From Microcystis aeruginosa NIES-2549 (GTDB lineage: Bacteria > Cyanobacteriota > Cyanobacteriia > Cyanobacteriales > Microcystaceae), in NCBI RefSeq assembly GCF_000981785.2, contig NZ_CP011304.1, positions 660,001 to 692,000 on the forward strand: DNA of 32,000 nt. Reading direction: 5' to 3'. Made by a program: the position numbers and the translations under genes. Below are positions 1-7,462 of this stretch, in pieces (positions within the stretch are counted from its first letter, which is position 1; each line of letters starts with the position of its first letter). The notes under the pieces were generated by a model that saw nothing but the letters and a program-made list of their open reading frames with translations, ran no database searches and was not told where the DNA came from.

Positions 1-55
1 TGCCTATCTTCACTAGAAAATTTATTTTGCACGACTACTTACATAATTTTTCTCT

Positions 56-2299
56 CTAAAGCCAGAATTGACAATCATCTTCTAATAAACTAGGATAAAT
101 TCCTTGTAAGCGTCGATAAGCAATAATATCCGCTCCATACAAAGGGATAGGTAAACGGGGATCTTTGAGAGAACCATAGTGAAGTAAAGTTAATTTTAAC
201 GTGGTGTCAACTAACTGTTTTAAATTTACTTGCTCTCCTAATTCATGAACTTTTAAGCGCAAGGGACGAGGAACACCAATTTTTTCAGAAACTTGGGACG
301 TTATCAGGATAACTTCCCGATTTGATAAAGCTAAAGCTAATCCTTTGGAGGGAGCATTTATCTGTTTTTGCTGAAGATTATAAAGTCTAGGAATGCCAGT
401 CTTATAACATTCTACGAGAATAAATTTAGCATTAATTGCTCTAGCTCTTGCCAGTAAATTTTCAACCTCCTTTCCTTGAAATTTACCATCTCTGTAAATG
501 AGAACTGTCTGATTTTTTAGTTCAGCTTGCGGTAAACAATTTTCCAGAATCCGTTGAGGAATTTCTTCTCCCTCGGTTAAACTATCTTCTACCCGACAGC
601 GAACAAATTCTCCCTGTTTGCCATATAGTCGCACACTTGCACAAACATTGAGACTCCCCGGCAGATTTTTTTTAGGCATCCTTCCCACATCTAAACCAAT
701 AAAATAATCGGCAATTTCTAGAGGTTCAGCAAGGACATAGGGTAAATTTCCTAATTTGGCTAGGATCCCTGGGACAACTTGATGGAGAATATTATTATAG
801 TTGCTCTTATTATTTAAAGTTTTCTCATAAATCATTTGAGTTATAACTCCACGATCCAGAAACTTTTTTTTAATCCAGGAATATAAACTCCCTTCTTCAG
901 TATTATCCGCATTGCGATCAGACTGGGGAAGAAATACTAAGGCAATATCTACAGGAATTTCTCCTCGAATTAATTGATCAACTGCTTCTTCCAGTCTAGC
1001 TCTTTTTTCGGATCCTACACCTTCGACAGAAAAATTTATTTGATTCTCTGGTGGCAAAATAGTCTCAAATTTATAAAGTTCTAATCGCTTTTCTAATTGT
1101 TCTCTAAAATCTCCTACTTTAAAACTATCTGGTTTGAGAATAGCTAAACGAATTTTACGAGCAGGATCCTCATATTCTCGATGACGTTTATATACACCAC
1201 CCTTCGATAATCCTTTGAGAGTTTCTCTTTTTTCTCCCCTTTCTCCCTTACCAAATAAGATGGGAGTTTGCTCAAGAGAAATAGAAGGAGTCCAAAAGAC
1301 TTCGGGGTATTCTTGGCTGTTAATACTTCTTTCTCTTAACTGAAAACCAAAGTTATTCAAAGTCTTTTGTGCTTCCTGTTTATACAACTTTAATAGTTTT
1401 TGTCGTTCAGCATAGAAAATTTTTGTTTTCTTTAATAAGTCTCCGTAATTAACTTGAAAAAAACTCTCATCCTTATCTGTCATACAGGGTTTTAAAGCTG
1501 CCAATGGATAAATATAATCCTGGGGATTTTTTCCAAATTGTACCGCAACTACTGGTTGATCCCGATGAGCTTCTTCTAATTTTCTTCGACTAATTGAACC
1601 CGTAGCTTTTGTTAATAGATACTCTCTTTTTTCCCCAATTGTACCCGCTATTCTAATAATTTTAGCTGTCCCATTAGTTTCTATAGTTTTAACCTTTAAA
1701 CCTACTAATAATTTAGCAGCATCTTGTCTATAGGGGTGATTTTCATAAAATTGTTCTAAATCTCCACTATAGACAATACTACTGTCAACAGTTAAACAAA
1801 TAGCCGGATCGGTGTCATTGATGATTTCTGCCCAAAAATCAACTTCTCTCCTTACCTGTACTTGGTTTTCACTTATCTCACTATCTTTAGGAAAAACTAT
1901 TGGATAGGAAAATTTACCAAATATTTTCAGAATTCTAACTGCTAATTGTGCTGTAACTAAAGCTGTTATCTGAAAGTCTTTTAGCCAATGAATAGAATAA
2001 TAGTGATCGCCAATATCTTCTCGTAAAACCTCTTGAATATCTGATAAAGCTTCTTTCCACTGTTGTAGAGAAGGAATAGATTTTTCATCTTTAGCTAATA
2101 CCCAAAAACAATTATCTTCAAAAATAACCACCACAGCAGGAAACTTATGACTGAATTGCCAACTAAAACGATTGCCTATTTTTTTAGTAACTTGATGATT
2201 AAACTTAAAACAATTCAAACAACTATTGTTGAGAGTTAAGGAACTAATTTCACTCAAAAATATTGGAGAGTTGGCTGTGTTAGCTACTGTGTAATTCAT
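56..2299 (-). CDS. Long prokaryotic Argonaute (pAgo) with PIWI catalytic tetrad apparently intact (DEDD)
   Basis: 747-aa ORF of full-length (N-PAZ-MID-PIWI) size. PIWI RNase-H motifs occur in canonical order: YFIGLDVGR (Asp1), TEGEEIPQ (Glu finger), VLIYRDGKF (Asp2), PIPLYGADIIAYR (4th position = Asp). MID-like 5'-end pocket pattern: LYSWIKKKF ... ITQMI ... ILAKLGN (Y-K-Q-K type). AAGGAGG lies 8 nt upstream of ATG 2299, inside the end of the upstream ORF. Confidence 0.85.
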   Translation of the reverse strand: MNYTVANTANSPIFLSEISSLTLNNSCLNCFKFNHQVTKKIGNRFSWQFSHKFPAVVVIFEDNCFWVLAKDEKSIPSLQQWKEALSDIQEVLREDIGDHYYSIHWLKDFQITALVTAQLAVRILKIFGKFSYPIVFPKDSEISENQVQVRREVDFWAEIINDTDPAICLTVDSSIVYSGDLEQFYENHPYRQDAAKLLVGLKVKTIETNGTAKIIRIAGTIGEKREYLLTKATGSISRRKLEEAHRDQPVVAVQFGKNPQDYIYPLAALKPCMTDKDESFFQVNYGDLLKKTKIFYAERQKLLKLYKQEAQKTLNNFGFQLRERSINSQEYPEVFWTPSISLEQTPILFGKGERGEKRETLKGLSKGGVYKRHREYEDPARKIRLAILKPDSFKVGDFREQLEKRLELYKFETILPPENQINFSVEGVGSEKRARLEEAVDQLIRGEIPVDIALVFLPQSDRNADNTEEGSLYSWIKKKFLDRGVITQMIYEKTLNNKSNYNNILHQVVPGILAKLGNLPYVLAEPLEIADYFIGLDVGRMPKKNLPGSLNVCASVRLYGKQGEFVRCRVEDSLTEGEEIPQRILENCLPQAELKNQTVLIYRDGKFQGKEVENLLARARAINAKFILVECYKTGIPRLYNLQQKQINAPSKGLALALSNREVILITSQVSEKIGVPRPLRLKVHELGEQVNLKQLVDTTLKLTLLHYGSLKDPRLPIPLYGADIIAYRRLQGIYPSLLEDDCQFWL

Positions 2300-2302
2300 G
2301 AT

Positions 2303-3133
2303 CTAAACCTCCTTATTTGCATAATCACAAATCGATGTAAAAGGACAATAACGACAGGCATAGCCACTTTGGGGCGGGAAAATATGATAAAAATCTTCGG
2401 GGTGATTTTTATATTTTTTTAGTTGTTGCTGATGTTTTTTGGACAGGAAAGCTAGTTCGATTTTAACTGCTTCTATTGCCTCGGAAGACAGGGAGATATT
2501 TTCTGAGCTTGTTTGGGTTTCTAAATTGTAAAAAGAAGCGACAATTTTTTCCTGAGGATAAAGGTAACTAGCCGCCAGTAAATAAACATGAGCCTGACGA
2601 CGATCAAAATTAGATTGACCAGTTTTCAAATCTAAAATATGTATAGTGTCATCAGCTTCTCTAAAAATACAATCAAAGGCAGCGGACAAATTAAACCGAT
2701 AGTTACCCTGCTCGATAACAATAGGTTCTGGATAACCTTCATCGCCTCTAGATAAATTAATAATCTCTTTATTCAATAAAATTGGTTGTTGATAGTAATT
2801 GTTTAAAATTACTAAAACCCTGGCTTGAATTTCTGGAGATTCTTGATTTAATTGCAGGATTTCTGCCACTTGTTCCACCCCATCAGAACCGGATAATCTC
2901 GCCGGCTCTTGATGAAACTCAAAAACTCCTCGTTGTGCCAACTTACCAATTTTTTGCGACTGATTATCTTGCGATAGTAATCTTTGAACTTCTGGTTCTT
3001 TGTTTCGCGCTTTTTCAAACCCCCGTTTTGTCTGACAATGCCAATTCTCATAGCCAATCGCTGGTTTAAGCGATCGCCAAAGACTATAGCTCATTGGAGG
3101 ATGCCAAGGCTTTTTGGGAAACTGACAGGACAC
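2303..3133 (-). CDS. Cas4-like PD-(D/E)XK nuclease with predicted 4Fe-4S cluster (RecB/Cas4 family)
   Basis: 276-aa ORF with GTG start at 3133 and GAGGGG upstream. Nuclease motifs: AAFDCIF (Asp), HILDLKTGQ (D-x-K), QAHVYLLAASY (QxxxY). Cys signature: N-terminal Cys (SC or HC) plus C-terminal CRYCPFTSIC (C-x2-C-x5-C), as in Cas4/AddB-type Fe-S nucleases. The stop is 3 nt before the pAgo ATG. Confidence 0.8.
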   Translation of the reverse strand: MSCQFPKKPWHPPMSYSLWRSLKPAIGYENWHCQTKRGFEKARNKEPEVQRLLSQDNQSQKIGKLAQRGVFEFHQEPARLSGSDGVEQVAEILQLNQESPEIQARVLVILNNYYQQPILLNKEIINLSRGDEGYPEPIVIEQGNYRFNLSAAFDCIFREADDTIHILDLKTGQSNFDRRQAHVYLLAASYLYPQEKIVASFYNLETQTSSENISLSSEAIEAVKIELAFLSKKHQQQLKKYKNHPEDFYHIFPPQSGYACRYCPFTSICDYANKEV

Positions 3134-3189
3134 AATTTTTCCCCTCGGTCAGGATAATGCTAGGATGACACGGCAGTGTTTGCTCTGGT

Positions 3190-3208
3190 GTTGACTAAAA
3201 TAATCAAC
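3190..3208. promoter_or_regulatory. Imperfect palindrome O1 (GTTGAcTAAAATAaTCAAC), candidate XRE operator over the early transcribed region of the Cas4-like/pAgo operon
   Basis: 7 of 9 arm positions are self-complementary. It shares the GTTGAC half-site with O2, with a 43-bp centre-to-centre distance (about four helical turns). It lies between the predicted leftward -10 (3221-3226) and the GTG at 3133. Confidence 0.5.
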
Positions 3209-3220
3209 ACCAATAAACTA

Positions 3221-3250
3221 ACTCTAGCCTATGTTGACTGAAATAGTCAA
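3221..3250 (-). promoter_or_regulatory. Candidate promoter of the Cas4-like/pAgo operon: TTGACT - 18 nt - TAGAGT (read on minus strand)
   Basis: The reverse complement of 3245-3250 is TTGACT and the reverse complement of 3221-3226 is TAGAGT, with an 18-nt spacer. The -35 is the right arm of palindrome O2. Confidence 0.4.
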
Positions 3251-3251
3251 C
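3233..3251. promoter_or_regulatory. Palindrome O2 (GTTGACT-N5-AGTCAAC), candidate XRE operator overlapping both divergent -35 boxes
   Basis: Perfect 7-bp arms. Each arm reads TTGACT toward one of the two divergent operons. Confidence 0.55.
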
Positions 3252-3263
3252 CCTTGATATAAT
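3234..3263 (+). promoter_or_regulatory. Candidate promoter of the XRE/ImmA operon: TTGACT - 18 nt - TATAAT
   Basis: TTGACT at 3234-3239 and TATAAT at 3258-3263. The GTG start at 3291 is 28 nt downstream of the -10. Confidence 0.5.
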
Positions 3264-3290
3264 TTTTTTTGAGCGATTGAGAGAAAAGCA

Positions 3291-3647
3291 GTGTCAGAAA
3301 CATTTGGACAGGTTATCCGCAAAGCTCGTCGAGAGGAAGAATATAGTCAGAGAGAACTAGCTAAGTTGATTGGGGTGGACTATACCTATCTATCGAAGCT
3401 AGAAAATGATCATGCGGGTTATCCTCCTAGTCAGCAAGTTATTGAGTCCTTAGCGACTCATTTAAAATTAAATGCTCAAACCTTAGGGGAATTGGCGGGA
3501 CGAATTAGTTCAGATGATCAAAAAGTCTTCAAAGAATTAGTTCAAAAATACCAACAAATGCCGATTTTATTGCGTCGCATGAAAGACAATCCTAATTTTG
3601 CTAAAAAAGTCATTTCTGAGGCGACAAAATTAGAACCAGAGGAGTAG
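3291..3647 (+). CDS. XRE-family helix-turn-helix transcriptional regulator (ImmR/CapH-like position)
   Basis: 118 aa. The N-terminal HTH_3 pattern is QVIRKARREEEYSQRELAKLIGVDYTYLSKLEND. It sits directly upstream of, and is co-oriented with, an ImmA/IrrE peptidase gene. Confidence 0.85.
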   Translation: MSETFGQVIRKARREEEYSQRELAKLIGVDYTYLSKLENDHAGYPPSQQVIESLATHLKLNAQTLGELAGRISSDDQKVFKELVQKYQQMPILLRRMKDNPNFAKKVISEATKLEPEE

Positions 3648-3652
3648 ATATC

Positions 3653-4318
3653 TTGGATATTATTAAACCCTATAGTTTTATTCCCAAAACAGAGATTGAA
3701 GCTCAGGCAGACAATATTCTGAAGAAAGTAAAAGCTCATCGTCGTCGTCCCTTAAAAAATTGCGATATTGCGGAAGCAGCGGCCGATCATTTTGATTTGG
3801 CTATTGAATGGACGGATATAAAGCCAGATAAAGAGGGAGAAATCGCCGCAATGATTATTCCCATAGAAAAGAAAATTATTCTCAATGAAGATGTAAAATT
3901 CTTAAAAGATTCCCAAAATTCATCCCTAGCAAAAGAAGGTTTTAAAAATTCGAGTTTAGCCCATGAAATTGGTCATTTTGTTCTTCATATTAATCAAACG
4001 GCCGTCTCTAACTTTTTCGAGCGAATCAATCAGGGAGATTCCTTAGGGACAATTCAACCTTTTCTGTGTCGGACAGTTGATTCTAGCCAAAGAATTGAAT
4101 GGCAAGCTCAATATTTTGCCAGTTGTTTACTAATGCCGATGAGTGAGTTAGAGAAAGCCATCAAGGGACGTGACTTGACCAAATGGGGTCTTCTGTATGC
4201 GATCGCCGACGAGTTGGGAGTAACTATTACTAATCTTAGAAGTCGTTTAGAAAGTCTCCATTGGATTAAAGTCGATAAAAAAGTAATTTATCGGGGCAGT
4301 AATTTTCCTAAGAGATAG
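3653..4318 (+). CDS. ImmA/IrrE-family (M78, COG2856-like) zinc metallopeptidase
   Basis: 221 aa. It has the HEIGHFVLH (HExxH) motif and a downstream EWQAQYFASCLLMP (third-ligand Glu plus the LLMP motif typical of the family). TTG start 5 nt after the XRE stop, with GAGGAG 8 nt upstream. Confidence 0.85.
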   Translation: MDIIKPYSFIPKTEIEAQADNILKKVKAHRRRPLKNCDIAEAAADHFDLAIEWTDIKPDKEGEIAAMIIPIEKKIILNEDVKFLKDSQNSSLAKEGFKNSSLAHEIGHFVLHINQTAVSNFFERINQGDSLGTIQPFLCRTVDSSQRIEWQAQYFASCLLMPMSELEKAIKGRDLTKWGLLYAIADELGVTITNLRSRLESLHWIKVDKKVIYRGSNFPKR

Positions 4319-4358
4319 CTTCAATGTTCCGAGGGAGATTTTGCCCATCTTGATCGAC

Positions 4359-5354
4359 TTATTTACTAATAATTTCGGCGGTTTGCGAGTTAGGAATCGG
4401 TTCAAAGTTGTGGTCGTCAGCCAGATATTCTGGATAGGTGGAGAATTGGGGTAGTATTTCTAGGGTAAAAGCTTCGGCAGCTTTTGATCGATAACGATTC
4501 GGGTTAATAATTACCGACAAAGTGCGTCGTATTTCCACGTCTTTAATTCGGGTAGCGTGGATAACTCCCATTTGTAGTTCTTTTTCGATCGCTGTCACCG
4601 AGACAAAAGCCGCCCCTAAACCCGATTGTACGGCATTTTTAATCGCCTCGATCGAGTTAAGTTCCATCTCCACTTTTAAGCGTTTGGTATCGATCTCGCA
4701 ACGAGTTAAAACCTTGTCGATGACTTTGCGAATCGTCGATTGGGAATCGAGGGTGATAAATTTTAGTCGATATAAATCCTCTTTTTGAATCATTTCTACC
4801 TTAGACAGAGGATGAAAAATAGGCAGGACTAAAGCCAGTTCATCTTCTGCGTAGGGGATAATCCGCAGGGTTTCTTGTAATTCGGCGGGAACTTCCCCCC
4901 CGATAATGGCTAAATCCACTTGACCGTTAGCAACGCTCCAAGAGGTGCGACGGGTGGAATGAACTTGTAGCTGTACGGATACTTCTGGATATTTTTGCCG
5001 AAAAAGCCCGATCATGCGCGGAAGAAGATAGGTTCCCGTGGTTTGGGAAGCACCGACGATCAGGGTTCCCCCTTGCAGATTTTGTAGATCTTCGATCGCC
5101 CGACAGGTTTCTTGACAGAGAGTGATAATTTTTTCGCCGTAGCTTAAGAGTAGGTGTCCCGCTTCTGTTAATTGAGCTTTCCGACCGCCTCGGTCAAATA
5201 AAGGCACATTTAGCTGTTTTTCGAGGTTTTGTACCTGAAGACTGACCGCCGGTTGGGATACATACAGGGTATCTGCCGCCCGTTTAAAGCTTCCTTCGGC
5301 AGCGATCGCTTTGAGAATTCTCAGTTGGTCTAGGGTGAAAGGAATGTCGGTCAT
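4359..5354 (-). CDS. rbcR: LysR-family transcriptional regulator, RbcR/Ycf30 type
   Basis: [48 protein letters not shown] is the highly conserved Ycf30/RbcR N-terminal HTH. I place the start at ATG 5354. The 31 upstream codons in the ORF track look like a read-through extension. Confidence 0.8.
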   Translation of the reverse strand: MTDIPFTLDQLRILKAIAAEGSFKRAADTLYVSQPAVSLQVQNLEKQLNVPLFDRGGRKAQLTEAGHLLLSYGEKIITLCQETCRAIEDLQNLQGGTLIVGASQTTGTYLLPRMIGLFRQKYPEVSVQLQVHSTRRTSWSVANGQVDLAIIGGEVPAELQETLRIIPYAEDELALVLPIFHPLSKVEMIQKEDLYRLKFITLDSQSTIRKVIDKVLTRCEIDTKRLKVEMELNSIEAIKNAVQSGLGAAFVSVTAIEKELQMGVIHATRIKDVEIRRTLSVIINPNRYRSKAAEAFTLEILPQFSTYPEYLADDHNFEPIPNSQTAEIISK

Positions 5355-5510
5355 AGAAAGCCTCAAAAAGAGCGACAGGAGAAGGGGAGGGCAATAGCGA
5401 CAAATCTTAAGCCAGTGCAGATAAATACACTGAATTGACAGTACCACACCACGGGGATCAATGCTTCAGCTAGTTCGATGATCGGTTATTTTAGCTGTCA
5501 GCCTTGAATT

Positions 5511-5556
5511 AGTTATCAGTTATCAGTTATCAGTTATCAGATGCGAGTTATCAGTT
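5511..5556. repeat. Heptanucleotide microsatellite (AGTTATC/TCAGTTA)n, about 4 perfect units plus degenerate units
   Basis: Direct reading: agttatcagttatcagttatcagttatcag atgcg agttatcagttca. The same unit occurs at 12611-12645 and 23208-23256. Confidence 0.9.
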
Positions 5557-5947
5557 CACTGATTAAGCTGTTGACTATAGCGCTTTTCACGTTACTGAGG
5601 TATCGACAAGTTTTGCCAACAAAGGGTTTAAGCCCCTTGCCCATGCCTCATTCTGATGAAAACTGCTATATCTAAATTACTCGTTAAGATTGCAGGGGAG
5701 CAGGGAGCAGGGAGAGGCAGTTTGAGCATTTGTACTAAAATTTTTAATACGCAGTTTAAATTCAGTACAGCTTACTAGAACTCTTGCAAATTAATTAGGG
5801 CTTGCTGAATAAATCTAAAAACCTTGTTGGATAAGAATTTTAGACTTTTTTCCCATCAAAAAGTGCCAGACATTGGGGTGATCGGGGGGAAGTTTAGGCA
5901 CTTTTTCCCTGAAAATTAGGTAATTGACCCCCTGAAAATCGCTAAAA

Positions 5948-5986
5948 CCCTACACCCTACACCCTACACCCCACACCCTGCCCCCA
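5948..5986. repeat. C-rich heptanucleotide microsatellite (CCCTACA/CCCCACA)n
   Basis: ccctacaccctacaccctacaccccacaccctgccccca. The same family occurs at 12721-12750 and, as the complement, at 23026-23153. Confidence 0.9.
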
Positions 5987-6230
5987 CGAAAAACTTTTTG
6001 CCGCAAACCCTAATTATATGTTATAATTATAGACTAACTAATTTTCCCCAAAAAATAGCCAATCAGTACATTAGTTCTGAATAAAAATTTGAAGTTTAAC
6101 TTTTAACTCAAAACTCTTTAGAGATGCTTTAATTTGGTTATCAAAACCTCTTTATTTAAGCAGCACAAACCATCTCAATTATAAAAATTGAGAATAAATT
6201 ATCCTTGACTTGATTAATGTTTGGCAACTT

Positions 6231-6655
6231 TTAAGAAGCCTCTGTACTTATCCCTAACTCATAATTATAAATAGCCGCTAACAAGTTAACTATTAAACCA
6301 TATCTTAGACGACTATTTCGATATTTACAGGATAATATTTTCAAGATTTTGAGTTTACTGTTTATAGGTTCAATGATAATTTTTTTTGGGGCTAAAGCCT
6401 TGTTATACTACTTTTCTAAGCCTGTGAATTTCTATTTTTCGGTGTATAAATATTACTATGATATTGAGATATTCCCTGGTAACTACTGTCTTCTATGCTG
6501 GTAGCTAAAGGATGAAAACGAACTCGACTTTTTTTAAATAAACTAAAATCATGACCGCTGCCTTTGATCCGGAAGACACAGATCATTTCCTCCGTATTTT
6601 GATCAGCGTATATGTTTTTTGAAAAGCAGAGAGGAGGCAATCGGGGCATCCCCAC
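6231..6655 (-). pseudogene. Degenerate IS4/IS5-type (DDE) transposase remnant, frameshifted and truncated
   Basis: My minus-strand translation of 6231-6398 gives KALAPKKIIIEPINSKLKILKILSCKYRNSRLRYGLIVNLLAAIYNYELG*. This resembles the C-terminal ...IE..N..LK.F..L..(R/K)Y(E/R)... block of DDE_Tnp_1 transposases. It is out of frame with the 79-aa ORF 6416-6655 (...IYTPKNRN...). I saw no intact N-terminus or terminal inverted repeats. Confidence 0.4.
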
Positions 6656-6791
6656 TGCGCTAGGCTGAGAGTGGGGAATTCCCGTGCCATATTTTCGTTA
6701 AGGTCTTTATCTCGGCTGACCTCATTTCAAATCATCTATAGTATTTTCTACTTTTCGCCATTTACCTCTATACTTAAGTATTTTTTAATAT

Positions 6792-7346
6792 TTACTTTTG
6801 TGAGGATTGGTCAGGTTTTATGAAGTAATGCTGCGGATGGAGGGAAACGCCGAGAATTTGTGATATCCACACCTCAAAATCGTGGATTGGATAAGCTGCC
6901 CCCCCCGTCAAGGGATTTACCATTGGTTTCACCAGAATGGTAAACATTCCCAGACGATTTCCCGCTAAAACATCGGTAAACAAGCGATCGCCAACCATAG
7001 CAATTTGTTGGGGGGGGAGACTCATGGCTGCCATCGCTTGCCGGAGTTTGCGTCGAGAGGGTTTCACCGCACCGAGAAGGTAGGGAAGTTGTAAATTATC
7101 AGCGATCGCACCGATGCGATTTTCACTCAGATTATTGCTGACCAACCAAATCGGTAGATAAAGACGCAAGGAATCGACCCAACGCTGTAAATCGTCAGAA
7201 ACCGTCGTTTCCTGGAGGGGAACAAGGGTATCGTCCACATCGAGAATCAATCCCTTAATCTGATGCTGACTCAAAATCTCCAGAGTGAGACCGAGAATCG
7301 TATCCCCTAAAATTAAATCGGGTTGTAGAATTTTTGCTCTAGTCAT
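6792..7346 (-). CDS. YqeG-type HAD superfamily (subfamily IIIA) phosphatase
   Basis: Motifs LILDVDDTLVP (DxDxT) and VGDRLFTDVLAGNRLGMFTILVKPM. I prefer ATG 7346 (MTRAKILQPD...) over the TTG at 7397 used by the ORF track. Confidence 0.75.
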   Translation of the reverse strand: MTRAKILQPDLILGDTILGLTLEILSQHQIKGLILDVDDTLVPLQETTVSDDLQRWVDSLRLYLPIWLVSNNLSENRIGAIADNLQLPYLLGAVKPSRRKLRQAMAAMSLPPQQIAMVGDRLFTDVLAGNRLGMFTILVKPMVNPLTGGAAYPIHDFEVWISQILGVSLHPQHYFIKPDQSSQK

Positions 7347-7462
7347 TAACTTCTCAAAAATAACTGGCAGCGAGTTGATCGAACTCAGCTTGCTCAAAAA
7401 ACCGTTGCCCTATTTAGTATAATTGACCGACTGCCTCTGAAAATACTGCCCGGCCCATCCCT

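Noticed and set aside
2782-3069. 95-aa (+) and 69-aa (-, 2848-3057) ORFs inside the Cas4-like gene, and the 65-aa (-) ORF at 3542-3739 across the XRE/ImmA junction
   Set aside because: These are shadow ORFs overlapping motif-bearing genes. Their sequences are low-complexity and AT-codon driven, with no start context.
2303-3133. Cas4-like gene as evidence of a CRISPR-Cas locus
   Set aside because: The window has no cas1, cas2, effector genes or repeat-spacer array. The gene is tightly linked (3-nt gap, shared SD) to a pAgo, so it is better read as a pAgo-associated nuclease.
4359-5447. Long upstream starts proposed by the ORF track for rbcR (5447), the HAD phosphatase (TTG 7397) and sufR (TTG 25865)
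   Set aside because: The conserved family N-termini begin at the internal ATGs (5354, 7346, 25895). The extra residues are hydrophobic or low-information read-through. This is a judgement call, not proven.
6416-6655. 79-aa ORF as an intact gene
   Set aside because: It looks like an internal fragment of a DDE transposase. The family's C-terminal block continues in a different frame (6231-6398), and there is no plausible N-terminal domain. I therefore called it a pseudogene, with low confidence.
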